The notes beneath the pieces are model-generated. The model searched no databases. It was given only the letters and a program-made list of their open reading frames with translations, and was not told the DNA's origin. 64,000 bases of DNA from contig CAVXUH010000014.1 of assembly GCA_963764885.1 (NCBI GenBank), positions 27,319-91,318 of the forward strand. The letters run 5' to 3'. Every line of letters begins with the position of its first letter. Positions within the stretch are counted from its first letter, which is position 1. This DNA is from Candidatus Aminicenantes bacterium (GTDB lineage: Bacteria > Acidobacteriota > Aminicenantia > Aminicenantales > UBA8522). Below, piece after piece: positions 8,084 to 17,463 of the stretch. The translations under genes were made by a program, and so were the position numbers.

Positions 8084-9559
8084 TCAATAGAATTCGCTAA
8101 GGTCGGGCAAGTCGCGGAACCCGGCTTTGCCCGCCTCGCGGCACATGATCTCCTTGAGCTCCTTGCGGATGGACCTTCGGGGCAGGTTCTCGACCGCCGG
8201 CTGGAGAAGCCGGGCGGCCTCTTCGCTGGCTCTCTCGGCGATCGTCTTTTTCCCGAGCGTGACCCAGCCGTCGTAAGTCTCGCGGTCGGTAACCTTCGGG
8301 AATGTGTGCTCGGCGCGATACCATTTCCTGGTGTGGGGCATCGTCAGGAACTGGCTCCCCGGCTCGAACCCCTCGAACAGGCCCAGGGCCAGGGGCTCGT
8401 CCCGCTGCGCGATGCCCTGGACCAGCCGGTAGGCCATGCCGCAGATTTCGTTGTCGATCACCAGCTTTTCCAGGCTCTGGGCGCTCTCGTAATCGAGCAT
8501 GCCCGGACCGGATACGATATTGACCCCCGCCAGGGCGGCAAGGACGGCGCCCATCCCGGTCTCAAAACCGGCTTGCGCGTCGTTGATCTTGGCGTCGCTC
8601 AGCGCCATGTAGGCGTGGGTCGGCAGCCCCAGCGACTTGCCGATCTGGACGTAGGCGGCGTCGATCATCATGGTCTCGATGGCGCCCATCGGGGTCGTGC
8701 CGTGGCGCATGTCGAAACTGGAGGGTGAGCCGCCGAAGATGACGGGAGCGCCCTTTTTGGCCAGCTGGGCGATGACAACTCCTGACAGGTTTTCCGCGAC
8801 GTGCTGGACGAGGGTGCCGGCGATCGTCACCGGCGAAGTCGCTCCGGTCATGCCCATTGAGATGAGCTCGGAAGGGACGCCCGCCCGGGCCGCGTCGATC
8901 AGCGACTGGGCCGTCAGGTTGCTCCACTTCAGGGGTGGGGAGGGGCAGGCGTCGAATACGGCCAGCGGCTTGTCCGCCAGCCGCTCGGCACCGCCGCGGA
9001 CAGCGGCCAGCATCTCGAGCATCGGCCGGAAGCCCTCGACCCGGAATGTCCCGGTGATGACCGGCTTGCTCGAAAAATGAAGCGCGAGGTAAAGGCGATA
9101 TATGTCCGCGATCTCGTCGGGGACATCCGAGCTGACCAGTCCGGTGCTCTGGAAGTGGAGATGGGGGAGGGCGTCGCTGAGCCGGACGAACCTCACAACA
9201 TCGGCGGTCACGGCCTTTCTGTGGGCCTGGACCGCGTGGTCAAGGAGGCTCACCGCCGCCGAGCCCGGGTCGAAATGGACCTCGTCCCGGCCGACGACGA
9301 ACCGCTGCCTTCCCGAGCGGTCATAGAGCCGGAAGACGGCGGGCGCCGCCGACACGCAATCATCGACCAGGTCGCCTTTGAGGAAGGCTCTCTTGCCCGT
9401 CCGGTCGATCTTCTGTCCGGCGCTCCACAAAAGCTCCATGGCCTCGGCGTTCTCGACGAACACCCCCTGTTTTTCAAGCAGGGCCAGGGCCTCGCCGACG
9501 ATCTTCTGGACGAAACGCTTGGTCAGCAGCTCGACCTTGGGTCGTCTGGGTTTGATCAT
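8084..9559 (-). CDS. MttB-superfamily (trimethylamine methyltransferase-like, non-pyrrolysine) substrate:corrinoid methyltransferase
   Basis: 491 aa from ATG 9559 with a GAAGGGG RBS. Strong MttB-family signatures along the whole length: ...LSDAKINDAQAGFETGMGAVLAALAGVNIVSGPGMLDYESAQSLEKLVIDNEICGM... There is no in-frame amber codon, so it is a non-Pyl member like the betaine/carnitine-type MtgB/MtcB/MtpB enzymes. Confidence 0.85.
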   Translation of the reverse strand: MIKPRRPKVELLTKRFVQKIVGEALALLEKQGVFVENAEAMELLWSAGQKIDRTGKRAFLKGDLVDDCVSAAPAVFRLYDRSGRQRFVVGRDEVHFDPGSAAVSLLDHAVQAHRKAVTADVVRFVRLSDALPHLHFQSTGLVSSDVPDEIADIYRLYLALHFSSKPVITGTFRVEGFRPMLEMLAAVRGGAERLADKPLAVFDACPSPPLKWSNLTAQSLIDAARAGVPSELISMGMTGATSPVTIAGTLVQHVAENLSGVVIAQLAKKGAPVIFGGSPSSFDMRHGTTPMGAIETMMIDAAYVQIGKSLGLPTHAYMALSDAKINDAQAGFETGMGAVLAALAGVNIVSGPGMLDYESAQSLEKLVIDNEICGMAYRLVQGIAQRDEPLALGLFEGFEPGSQFLTMPHTRKWYRAEHTFPKVTDRETYDGWVTLGKKTIAERASEEAARLLQPAVENLPRRSIRKELKEIMCREAGKAGFRDLPDLSEFY

Positions 9560-9579
9560 GGTGATTCCCCTTCTCCGGC

Positions 9580-10230
9580 CTATTTCCCGATGAGCGCGAG
9601 GGCCAGCCTGACCGCGGCCGGCGCGTTCTCGGCGTAGCCGTCGGCCCCGATCTCGGAGGCCCACCTCTGGGTGACGGGGGCGCCGCCCACCAGGATTTTG
9701 AAGCGCCCGGCCAGGTCCCGGGCTTTGAGAAGCTCCATGAACTTCTTCTGATTCAGCATCGTCGTCGTCAGCAGCGCCGAGAGGCAGATGAAGTCGGCTC
9801 CGGTCTCTTCGGCCTTTTCGATGAAACGCTCGAGCTTGACGTCGGCCCCCAGGTCCTGGACGTCGAACCCGTGGGCCTGCATCATCGAAGCCACGAGATT
9901 CTTGCCGATATCGTGGATGTCGCCCTCGATCGTCCCGATGACCACCCGCCCCTTAACGGGCGCGTCGAGGTGGGCCTTTTTAAGCTCGGGCTGCAGGACC
10001 GTCATGGCCGCCTTCATGCCCTCGGCCGAGCTGATGAGCTCGGGCAGAAAGTATTCTCCCTTTTCCCAGAGCTCACCCACTTTCTGAAGACCGGGGATGT
10101 AGCCTTTCTCGATCACTTCGAGGAGGTCGAGTCCGCCGGCGACGGCCTGTTCGGCCAGCGACCGGGCGTCCTCCTTCCGGCCGTCGATGATGGCCTGGGC
10201 CATCTTCGCCATCATGTCCGATGTGCTCAT
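9580..10230 (-). CDS. cobalamin-binding corrinoid protein (MtbC/MttC-like)
   Basis: 216 aa from ATG 10230. N-terminal B12-binding-cap helical domain, then a Rossmann B12-binding domain carrying the DxHxxG motif (GTIEGDIHDIGKNLV). It lies 20 nt upstream of the mttB-like gene. Confidence 0.85.
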   Translation of the reverse strand: MSTSDMMAKMAQAIIDGRKEDARSLAEQAVAGGLDLLEVIEKGYIPGLQKVGELWEKGEYFLPELISSAEGMKAAMTVLQPELKKAHLDAPVKGRVVIGTIEGDIHDIGKNLVASMMQAHGFDVQDLGADVKLERFIEKAEETGADFICLSALLTTTMLNQKKFMELLKARDLAGRFKILVGGAPVTQRWASEIGADGYAENAPAAVRLALALIGK

Positions 10231-10264
10231 CAGCGCTCCTTTCCCGCCCCCGGCCCGGCCGGCG

Positions 10265-12028
10265 TCAGGTCCATGGTCCGAACTCGAGAGCGTCGATAAA
10301 TTGGTCCTGGAATCCCGGGTCCGAGGCCAGCGAGGTGAAACGTACCCTCTCAACCAGGGCCTCGATCCTTTCCCGCTCGCCCTTGGACTGGAGCAGCAGC
10401 CGGGCCCCCGCCAAGGATGAATTCCCGATGAAGACTAGCTTTTCAGGGTCGATGCTGGGCAGCAACCCCAGGGCCAGGCTGTTGGGGATATTGAGGTAGC
10501 TGCCGAAAGCGCCGGCGATAAAGATGCCGCTGAGGTCGCCGGCGGTCAAACCGTTTTGGGCGAGCAGGATCCTCACGCCGGACTTGATGGCGGCGCAGGC
10601 GAGCTGGAGCTGCCGGATGTCGTCCTGGGCCAGCGTCAGGGTGCCCGAAACCCGGATTTTCTTGTCCGCGTTCCGGACGGCCCCTCCGGGCGAGATTTCC
10701 CCGCGGGCCAGGGCGATGGCTGCGAGATCGATCAGTCCCGTCCCGCAGACGCCCGTTTCCGCCTGTCCCCCGATGACGGCGAGCTCGATCGTCCCGAGGC
10801 CCCCGGCCGCCCGATAGACTGCCCCCGGCAGGGCGGGCATGCCGCAGCTGATGTTCATGCCTTCGAACGCCGGTCCGGCCGCGGTCGAGGTCGTAATCAG
10901 TTCACCCCCCGCCTTGAGCACGAGTTCGCCGTTTGTCCCCAGGTCGATGAGCAGGAAATGCCCTTCGTTCCCGGCCATCCGGGAGGCCAGCAGGCCGGAG
11001 GAAATGTCGCCGCCGACAAAGCTCCCGATGTTGGGGGAAAAATAGACCGGAGCGCGAGGGTTGACCGCCAGCCCGGCCTCGGCGGCCGGGCTGACCGGGG
11101 CCCGAGAAAAGACCGCATGGTAGGGTGCCGTGGCCAGGGTGTCGACGGGGACCCCCAGGAGAAGATGCGACATGACGGTGTTCCCTGAGATCACGGCCTC
11201 GCGGACGGATTCCGGCCGCGCCCCGTTCCGATCGAGCAGGCGCCCGATCATCCCGTTCAAGTCCCCCAGGACGAGGCCCCTGAGCTCGGCCGCCTTCCCC
11301 GGATTCCCATAGGCGTAAGTGATCCGAGATATGACATCGGCCCCGCGCCGGACCTGGCTGTTGAGGGCCGCTTCGGTGTCGACGGTTCTTCCCGTATCCA
11401 GATCCAGGAGATCCATGACCAGGGTCGTCGTGCCCACATCCACGGCCAGGCCGAAGTTCCGGTCGAGGGCGCTCCCGGGCTCCACGGCGATGACCCGGCT
11501 GTCGAAATGGACCGCCACGGTCACGCGGGAATCGCCTTTTTCGACGGCCCCAGGCAATTCCTTGAGCAGGCCGGCCGATATCGTCAAGCCTTTGAGCCCG
11601 AGACCGTCTGTGAGCAGGTCGAACAGGGATCGCGGGGAGGAGATGCTAGGCTGCGCCAGCTCGAGCTCGTAGAGCCTGACGGCCGGGTCGGGAGTCACGA
11701 CCGAACGGGGGATTTCGGGCAAGATAGGGACGGGCCGGACGGTAAAGGCGGCCGGGACGTTGATCTCCAGGTCGCCCGCCACCGTGAACTGGCAGGCCAG
11801 CCGGAAGTTCTCTCCCAGGCTTTTCTGCAGGATCCAGGCCGCCTCTTTCCTGCCGGATGGGGGAAGCCTGCCGCTGAGCACCTCGACGAAACATTTGCCG
11901 CAGAGGCCCCGGCGGTCGCAGTAGACGCTTATGGGGATCCCCGCCGCCTGTAGCCTATCCGAAAGCCGGTCTCCGTCCTCGGCCCGGATTTCGAGGTCGT
12001 GGGAGGGAACCTTGATCGTCCGGCTCAT
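10265..12028 (-). CDS. RamA-like ATP-dependent reductive activase of corrinoid proteins ([2Fe-2S] ferredoxin domain + ASKHA/DUF4445 domain)
   Basis: 587 aa. N-terminal plant-type 2Fe-2S ferredoxin fold with the Cys cluster (CDRRGLCGKCFVEV...C). The remaining ~480 aa match the ASKHA-fold corrinoid activation domain (COG3894). It sits immediately upstream of the corrinoid protein. Confidence 0.8.
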   Translation of the reverse strand: MSRTIKVPSHDLEIRAEDGDRLSDRLQAAGIPISVYCDRRGLCGKCFVEVLSGRLPPSGRKEAAWILQKSLGENFRLACQFTVAGDLEINVPAAFTVRPVPILPEIPRSVVTPDPAVRLYELELAQPSISSPRSLFDLLTDGLGLKGLTISAGLLKELPGAVEKGDSRVTVAVHFDSRVIAVEPGSALDRNFGLAVDVGTTTLVMDLLDLDTGRTVDTEAALNSQVRRGADVISRITYAYGNPGKAAELRGLVLGDLNGMIGRLLDRNGARPESVREAVISGNTVMSHLLLGVPVDTLATAPYHAVFSRAPVSPAAEAGLAVNPRAPVYFSPNIGSFVGGDISSGLLASRMAGNEGHFLLIDLGTNGELVLKAGGELITTSTAAGPAFEGMNISCGMPALPGAVYRAAGGLGTIELAVIGGQAETGVCGTGLIDLAAIALARGEISPGGAVRNADKKIRVSGTLTLAQDDIRQLQLACAAIKSGVRILLAQNGLTAGDLSGIFIAGAFGSYLNIPNSLALGLLPSIDPEKLVFIGNSSLAGARLLLQSKGERERIEALVERVRFTSLASDPGFQDQFIDALEFGPWT

Positions 12029-12110
12029 GAGTTGAAAACCAGGTATAGGTTATATGTTTCGCTCCTGCTTGGGAAGCGAAATTTTCATCAATGTCAGCGG
12101 CTCTGATAGA

Positions 12111-12785
12111 ATGAATCTCGGGAAAATAGGGATGAGCGCAGGAAACAAGAGCCGGCCCGGGCGGTGGTATTGGCGGGAAGTCCTCTACGATGTGGTCCTG
12201 GAGCGCCCCCTCACCGGCATCCGCAAGGCGGTCAGCGAGTTCGTGAAGGAGGCCGGCCTTTTTCCCCTGATCGATATCTGCTGCGGTCCGGGGAACCAGC
12301 TGGGCCGGCTGGCCGCGGCGGGTCGCGGGACGGGCTCAATGTCAGTGGGCCTGGACATCGACTTCAAGGCGCTGCGCTATGCCGCCGCGCGACGGCCGGC
12401 GGCCTCCTTTGTCTGCGGCGACGCGACAAACCCTCCCTTCCGGCCGGGCGCCTTCAAAGGGGCGCTCCTGTCTTTTGCCCTGCATGAGCAGGAACCGGAC
12501 ATCAGACGCCGGATCCTCGGGGCGGCCCGGGAAGCTCTCGCGCCCGGGGGCCGCCTCGTCCTGGTCGATTTCGAGGTCCCGTGGAACTCCGCTGCGCGCC
12601 TGGCTTACGCTTACACCTCGGTCATCGAACGGCTCGCGGGCAGGGACCACCTCCGGCGGAACCGCGATTTCTTCCGGCGGGGGGGCCTCCGGGCGCTTCT
12701 CGCCGAAAACGACTTCAAAGAGATCCGGCGGCGCGACGTCGCTGCCGGCACCTGCTCCATCGTCGTCGCGGAACCAGGGACTTAG
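12111..12785 (+). CDS. class I SAM-dependent methyltransferase
   Basis: SAM-binding motif I (DICCGPGNQ) and post-I acidic residue (GLDID), with typical Methyltransf_11/25 spacing. The start at ATG 12111 is uncertain (alternatively 12132). Divergent from the ramA-like gene across an AT-richer intergenic region. Confidence 0.7.
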   Translation: MNLGKIGMSAGNKSRPGRWYWREVLYDVVLERPLTGIRKAVSEFVKEAGLFPLIDICCGPGNQLGRLAAAGRGTGSMSVGLDIDFKALRYAAARRPAASFVCGDATNPPFRPGAFKGALLSFALHEQEPDIRRRILGAAREALAPGGRLVLVDFEVPWNSAARLAYAYTSVIERLAGRDHLRRNRDFFRRGGLRALLAENDFKEIRRRDVAAGTCSIVVAEPGT

Positions 12786-12851
12786 CCGGATTCATTTCTG
12801 TTGCACAGGAAGCCGAGATTTCAGTATGTTATCCTTATCGAGAGGAGAAGG

Positions 12852-14634
12852 CATGCGAGAGACGATCCCCCAACACTTTATCCACCTCACGGATTCCTTC
12901 AAGAAGCCGGCCCTGTTCCTCTATAAGAAAGACGGCCGCTACACGCCCGTGTCGACCGACGAGGTCCGCCGGACCGTCACCCGCATTGCCCTGGGACTCC
13001 GGGACCTGGGGGTCCGCCGTGAAGATAAAGTTGTCCTGCTGGCCGAGAACGGCCCGTGGTGGGTGATGGCCGATTATGCGATCACCAGCCTGGGAGCGGT
13101 CACCGTCCCGATCTACACCTCGCTCGTGCCCGACCAGATCAAGTACATCATTAACGACTCCGACGCCAAGCTGGTCCTCGTTTCCGATAAGGAGCTCTGG
13201 GGCAAGGTCGCGCTCGTCAAGGACGGCCTGCCCGGGGTCCGCCATTTCGTGACCTTCGAGGCGGCCCCTCCGGAGCCCGGCGTCCTGACGCTGGCCCGGA
13301 TCGAGGAGCAGGGCGCGAAGGTCGACCGCGAGAACCCCTCGCTCTTTGTCCAGACAGCGGTGTCTGTCCTGCCGGAGGACGTCGCCTCGATCATCTACAC
13401 CTCGGGCACGACCGGCGTCCCCAAGGGCGTGATGCTCACCCACGCCAATTTCGTCAGCAACATCGAGACCCTGGCCTCGATCATCGAGTTCGGCCCCTCC
13501 GACATCGACCTCTCGTTCCTGCCGCTCTCTCACGTCCTGGAGCGCCTGGGAACGGTGGCCTTTCTATCGCGCGGCGTGACCATGGCCTACGCGGAGAGCG
13601 TCGAGACGGTCGCCGAGAACCTCATCGAGGTCAAGCCGACGATGATGATCAGCGTGCCGCGGCTGTTCGAGAAGATCTACGTCCGGGTCATGGATACGAT
13701 CCTCGGCGGCTCCTTCCTGAAAAAGAAGATCTTCCACTGGGCGCTGGGCGTTGGCCGGGAATGCGGCAACCGCCGCCTCGGCAACCGGCCGGTCCCGGCC
13801 TCCCTCGAGCGCCGGCTGCGCCTCGCCCACAAGCTCGTATTCTCCAAGATCCTGGAGAAAACGGGCGGCCGCGTCCGGTTCTTCGTCTCGGGCGGCGCGC
13901 CCCTGGCCAAGGACATCGCCGAGTTCTTTTACGCGCTCGGCCTGGTCGTTCTGGAGGGATACGGGCTGACCGAGACGTCGCCGGTCATCGCCGTCAACAC
14001 CTTCGCCAACCTGAGGTTCGGCACCGTGGGCAAACCGCTGCCCTGCATGGACGTCAAGATCTTTCCCGACGGGGAGATCGTCGTCAAGGGACCAAACGTG
14101 ATGAAAGGATACTACAAGAAGCCGGAAGAGACCCGGGAGGTCCTGGTCGACGGCTGGCTCCACACAGGCGATATCGGCTACCTGGACGTCGACGGGTTCC
14201 TGGTCATCACCGACAGGAAGAAAGACCTGATCGTGACCTCGGGCGGGAAGAACGTCGCTCCCCAGCCGATCGAAAACCTGGTCAAGCAGAGCCCCTACAT
14301 CCTGAACGCTATCGTGCTGGGGAGCCGCCGCAAGTTCGTCTCGGCCCTCGTTGTACCGGACTTCGAGAAGCTCGAGGACTACGCCAAGGGCCGCGGGATT
14401 TCCTACGTCAACCGCCGGGACCTCATCCAGAACGAGGCCATCCTGCGCTTTCTCGAGGCCGAGGTGGACCGCAGCACGCCGAACCTCGCTCCCTACGAAA
14501 AGATAAAAAAGATCGCTCTCCTCGAACGCGATTTCGACATCGAAAAAGGCGAGATCACGCCCACACTCAAGGTCAGGCGAAACATCGTCGAGGAGAAGTT
14601 CAAGGATGTCATCGATTCGATCTACAGGGAATGA
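12852..14634 (+). CDS. long-chain-fatty-acid--CoA ligase (AMP-dependent synthetase/ligase, FadD-like)
   Basis: GAGGAGAAGG RBS before ATG 12852. AMP-binding core motifs IIYTSGTTGVPKGVMLTH and GYGLTE are present, with a C-terminal ...TPTLKVRRNIVEEKF. The upstream part of ORF-track 12379..14634 is GC read-through. Confidence 0.9.
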
Positions 14635-14681
14635 ACAGGCGGCCCTGCCGGAGCCGCGCCCGTGCTGGAAAAGGAGACCCG

Positions 14682-15663
14682 ATGACCCCGCCCGTCCCGC
14701 TGAGGAAGTTAGGCAAGTCCGACCTCGAAGTCTCTCCGATCGGCCTCGGCTGCTGGCAGTTTTCCCAGGGCAAAGGGCTGGTCGGCGCCTATTGGGCGAA
14801 GATCACTCAAACGGAGATCGCGGAAATCGTCCGGATCAGCCTCGAAGGCGGCCTCAACTGGTTCGACACGGCCGAGTCCTACGGCGGCGGCCAATCGGAG
14901 CGGGAGCTGGCGCGGGCGCTCGGTTCCCTCGGGGTCAGGCCCCGGGATGTTCTCGTCGCCACCAAGTGGCGGCCTTTCCTGCGGACGGCCCGGTCGATCC
15001 TGGGCACGATCGACGCCCGGATTGCCGCGCTCGGCGGTTATCCCATCGCCCTCCACCAGATCCACCAGCCGTACTCGCTGTCCTCAGTCCGGGCCCAGAT
15101 GAACGCCATGGCCGACCTCGTCGAGGCCGGCAAGATCGGTCATGTCGGGGTGAGCAATTTTTCGGCGAAGAAGATGCGCACTGGCGCACACGGAGCTTGG
15201 CCGTCGCGGCATTGCCCTGGTGTCGAACCAGGTCCGGTACAGCCTGCTCGACCGGAGGATCGAGAAAAACGGCATCCTCGAGACGGCCCGTGAGCTCGGG
15301 GTCTCGATCATCAGCTATTCACCGCTCGCCCAGGGCCTCCTGACCGGCAAGTTCCACGAACAGCCCGGGCTCGTTCGGTCGAAACCGGGATACAGGAAGT
15401 ACCTGAAGGCCTTCCGGCCTGCGGGCCTGGAAGCGACCTTCCCTCTGATCAAGGCCGTCCGCGAGCAGGCCGGGAAATACGGACGGACGCCGGGCCAGGT
15501 CGCCCTCAACTGGCTGATCAATGTTCATGGCGATCTGGTCGTCGCCATCCCCGGGGCGATGCGCGCGACGCAGGCCCGGGAGAACGCCGGCGCCCTAAGT
15601 TTCAGCCTGTCCAGGGAAGACATCGATTTCCTGGGCTGCGTCTCGGCGGGTATCAAGTCCTAG
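14682..15663 (+). CDS. aldo/keto reductase; frame shifts near 15175-15195
   Basis: AAGGAGA RBS before ATG 14682. AKR motifs are present (GLGCWQF, FDTAESYGGG, KIGHVGVSNF). After ..NFSAKKMR the frame derails. The +1 frame continues ..AHTELGRRGIALVSNQVRYSLLDRRIE..ISYSPLAQGLLTGK.. to the stop at 15663, consistent with a single-base indel. Confidence 0.8.
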
Positions 15664-15908
15664 GGCCGCAGGATCGGCCGCGGTACCAGGATGCCCACGG
15701 GTTATAGTATCGCGGCTGGCGGTGCAACATTAAGGACGCCCAAGTTCCGCTCGAGAGCCACCCGCTCGTTTGGCGGGGATCTCGGGGTGCGTCCGCCGGT
15801 CGATCGATACGAGATCACGATCCCCAGATGGGACGCCCGCGGTTTACGGAAGACATCCGTGGAGGATGCCGAAAGGGGAAGTAAAAAAGACGGGGGACAC
15901 GAACGCGA

Positions 15909-15946
15909 TCAAAAACCCCGTTCGGGCCCCCGCTTGGTTTTTTTTG
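15909..15946. terminator. bidirectional intrinsic terminator (A-tract, GC hairpin, T-tract) between convergent genes
   Basis: AAAAACC-CCGTTCGGGCCCCCGCTT-GGTTTTTTTT. The flanking A5CC and GGT8 are mutually complementary and there is an internal CCCG-TT-CGGG stem. It lies between the AKR stop (15663) and the RRM gene stop (15973). Confidence 0.6.
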
Positions 15947-15972
15947 TTAGAGAACCGACTCTAGTCGCGCGC

Positions 15973-16272
15973 TCAGTACCGGCGACCGGCGCCGAAGCCG
16001 CCGCCGCCGCCGCTGCCGCCGCGGTTTTCCGTGCGGGGACGGGCTTCATTGACCGTGATAGTCCGGCCCTTCAGGCTCTTGCCGTTCAGACCGGCGATGA
16101 CCGCTTTGGCCTCGGCCGGGTTCGGCATCTCGACGAACCCGAAACCGCGCGACTCGTTCGAGAACTTGTCCTTGATGATGGACACCGAGCCAACTTCGCC
16201 GAAAGCCTGGAAGGCTTCGCGCAGGTCGGACTCAGTCAGGTCTCGAGAAAGGTTGCCAACGTAGATATTCAT
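15973..16272 (-). CDS. RRM-type (RNP-1/RNP-2) glycine-rich RNA-binding protein
   Basis: 99 aa. RNP-2 NIYVGNL and RNP-1 RGFGFVEM motifs, with a C-terminal Gly-rich tail GGSGGGGGFGAGRRY. AAGGAGAG RBS upstream of the ATG. Confidence 0.9.
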   Translation of the reverse strand: MNIYVGNLSRDLTESDLREAFQAFGEVGSVSIIKDKFSNESRGFGFVEMPNPAEAKAVIAGLNGKSLKGRTITVNEARPRTENRGGSGGGGGFGAGRRY

Positions 16273-16363
16273 ACGACTCTCCTTAAAGATTTTGAACTAA
16301 TAAAGGAGAGGTAGGTGACCGGTGAGGGACGTTGCCCCGTCCTTTACTTAATTCTTCAAGGTC

Positions 16364-16401
16364 ATTATAGCACAACTTCTGAAAAATAAAGGCATTGTCA
16401 A
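16364..16401 (-). promoter_or_regulatory. extended -10 promoter (TGTGCTATAAT) plus TTGACA element upstream of the RRM gene, with a ~100-nt structured 5' leader
   Basis: The minus strand reads TTGACAatgcctttatttttcagaagttgTGcTATAATgacc. The TGn-TATAAT element is unambiguous. The TTGACA is 26 nt upstream, too far for a canonical -35. The leader contains an aGGACGgggcaaCGTCCct hairpin. Confidence 0.5.
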
Positions 16402-16432
16402 GAAAATAATTTAAAACGAGGCGAGGCGGAAT

Positions 16433-16843
16433 TCACTGGGCTTCCAATCGATGCCCGGCGCCGGCGAGCGTTTCGACCGCAACGGACAGCAACTCGTCCT
16501 TGACGAGGACATAATCCGTGTCGAAGGTCGAGACGGCAAAGATATTGACGCGCGCCTCAGCCAGGGGGGACGCCAGCGAGGCCAGCACTCCGATGAGCGA
16601 AAGGTCGAGGGGGCCTTCGACTTTGATGACGCGCCAGCCGCGGTCGCACTTTACGGTTTCAGGCACGGCGGACTCGAGGGCGACGATCGACAGCTCTTCG
16701 GCGGTCCGCGAGATCGAGACGAATTCGCCGGCCGCCCGCCCAGGCGGGGCGGGGGAGGCCGGCGCCCAAGGGGGAATCGCATCGCGGACGTCGAGGCGGC
16801 AAATGGCGTATCTTCCGGGAAGCACGGACAGCGTCAGGTTCAT
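16433..16843 (-). CDS. ACT-domain-containing protein (tandem ACT-like, amino-acid-binding regulatory fold)
   Basis: 137 aa from ATG 16843 with a GGAGAAG RBS. Sequence runs MNLTLSVLPGRYAICRL...RVIKVEGPLDLSLIGVLASLASPLAEARVNIFAVSTFDTDYVLV, typical of small ACT_7/ACT_9-type proteins. Confidence 0.6.
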   Translation of the reverse strand: MNLTLSVLPGRYAICRLDVRDAIPPWAPASPAPPGRAAGEFVSISRTAEELSIVALESAVPETVKCDRGWRVIKVEGPLDLSLIGVLASLASPLAEARVNIFAVSTFDTDYVLVKDELLSVAVETLAGAGHRLEAQ

Positions 16844-16940
16844 GGACTTCTCCTTCGCCGGGCCACCTGGCTGAGCCGCCGGCTCTGAAAATCGCGCGTC
16901 TCCATGTCCTCTTGCGCGTACTGCGATTCCCTGAATCACG

Positions 16941-17457
16941 TCATCGGCCCGCCAGGTCAAGCCGCATCCTATAGCGGTTGGCGACGCTTTCCGGATTTAG
17001 GCCGGCGGCCAGCGCGTCCTGGCGAAGCCTCTCGCGCAGAGCGCCGCTGATGGCGGACTCCCTGTCCTTTTGAACTAAGACAAAGCCCAATCGCTCCCAG
17101 AATCGTCTGCCGGCCGCACCGGAAAGAGCGTAGAGCGCCGGGAGCTCTTCATAGGCGTTCACCTCGATCGAAGTCCAGCCTCGCTCCGTCGCCCAACGGA
17201 CCAGTTCGCCGAGCCAGGCGGGTCGCCAGGCCTTTCCGCCGATAGCGGTCCGCAGCCTGCACTGGCGAGGCGATCATCAGGCGGTGGACGAACAAGGCCC
17301 TATCGCCCAGCGCTCCGAAAGATGGAGATTGGCGCGCGCCCATGTCATCCGCCGGCTCGGGGGCATCAATGTTACGCCTGTTGAGCGGTCCGCCGTGCAG
17401 ACACCGCCAAAGGCTGAAATCCTCCTTCATCGGCTCAACGAACAGCTCATCCGGCAT
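16941..17457 (-). CDS. GNAT-family N-acetyltransferase; frame shifts near 17200-17215
   Basis: Two adjacent ORF-track ORFs join into one GNAT. A-motif region ..ALFVHRLMIASPVQAADRYRRKGLATRL; after the shift ..LGELVRWATERGWTSIEVNAYEELPALYALSGAAGRRFWERLGFV.. Confidence 0.65.
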
Positions 17458-17463
17458 CGCGGC

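Noticed and set aside
15691-16314. Plus-strand ORF 15691..16314 (207 aa) and 15770..15964
   Set aside because: It overlaps the strongly supported minus-strand RRM gene and the bidirectional terminator. It has no RBS and no homology.
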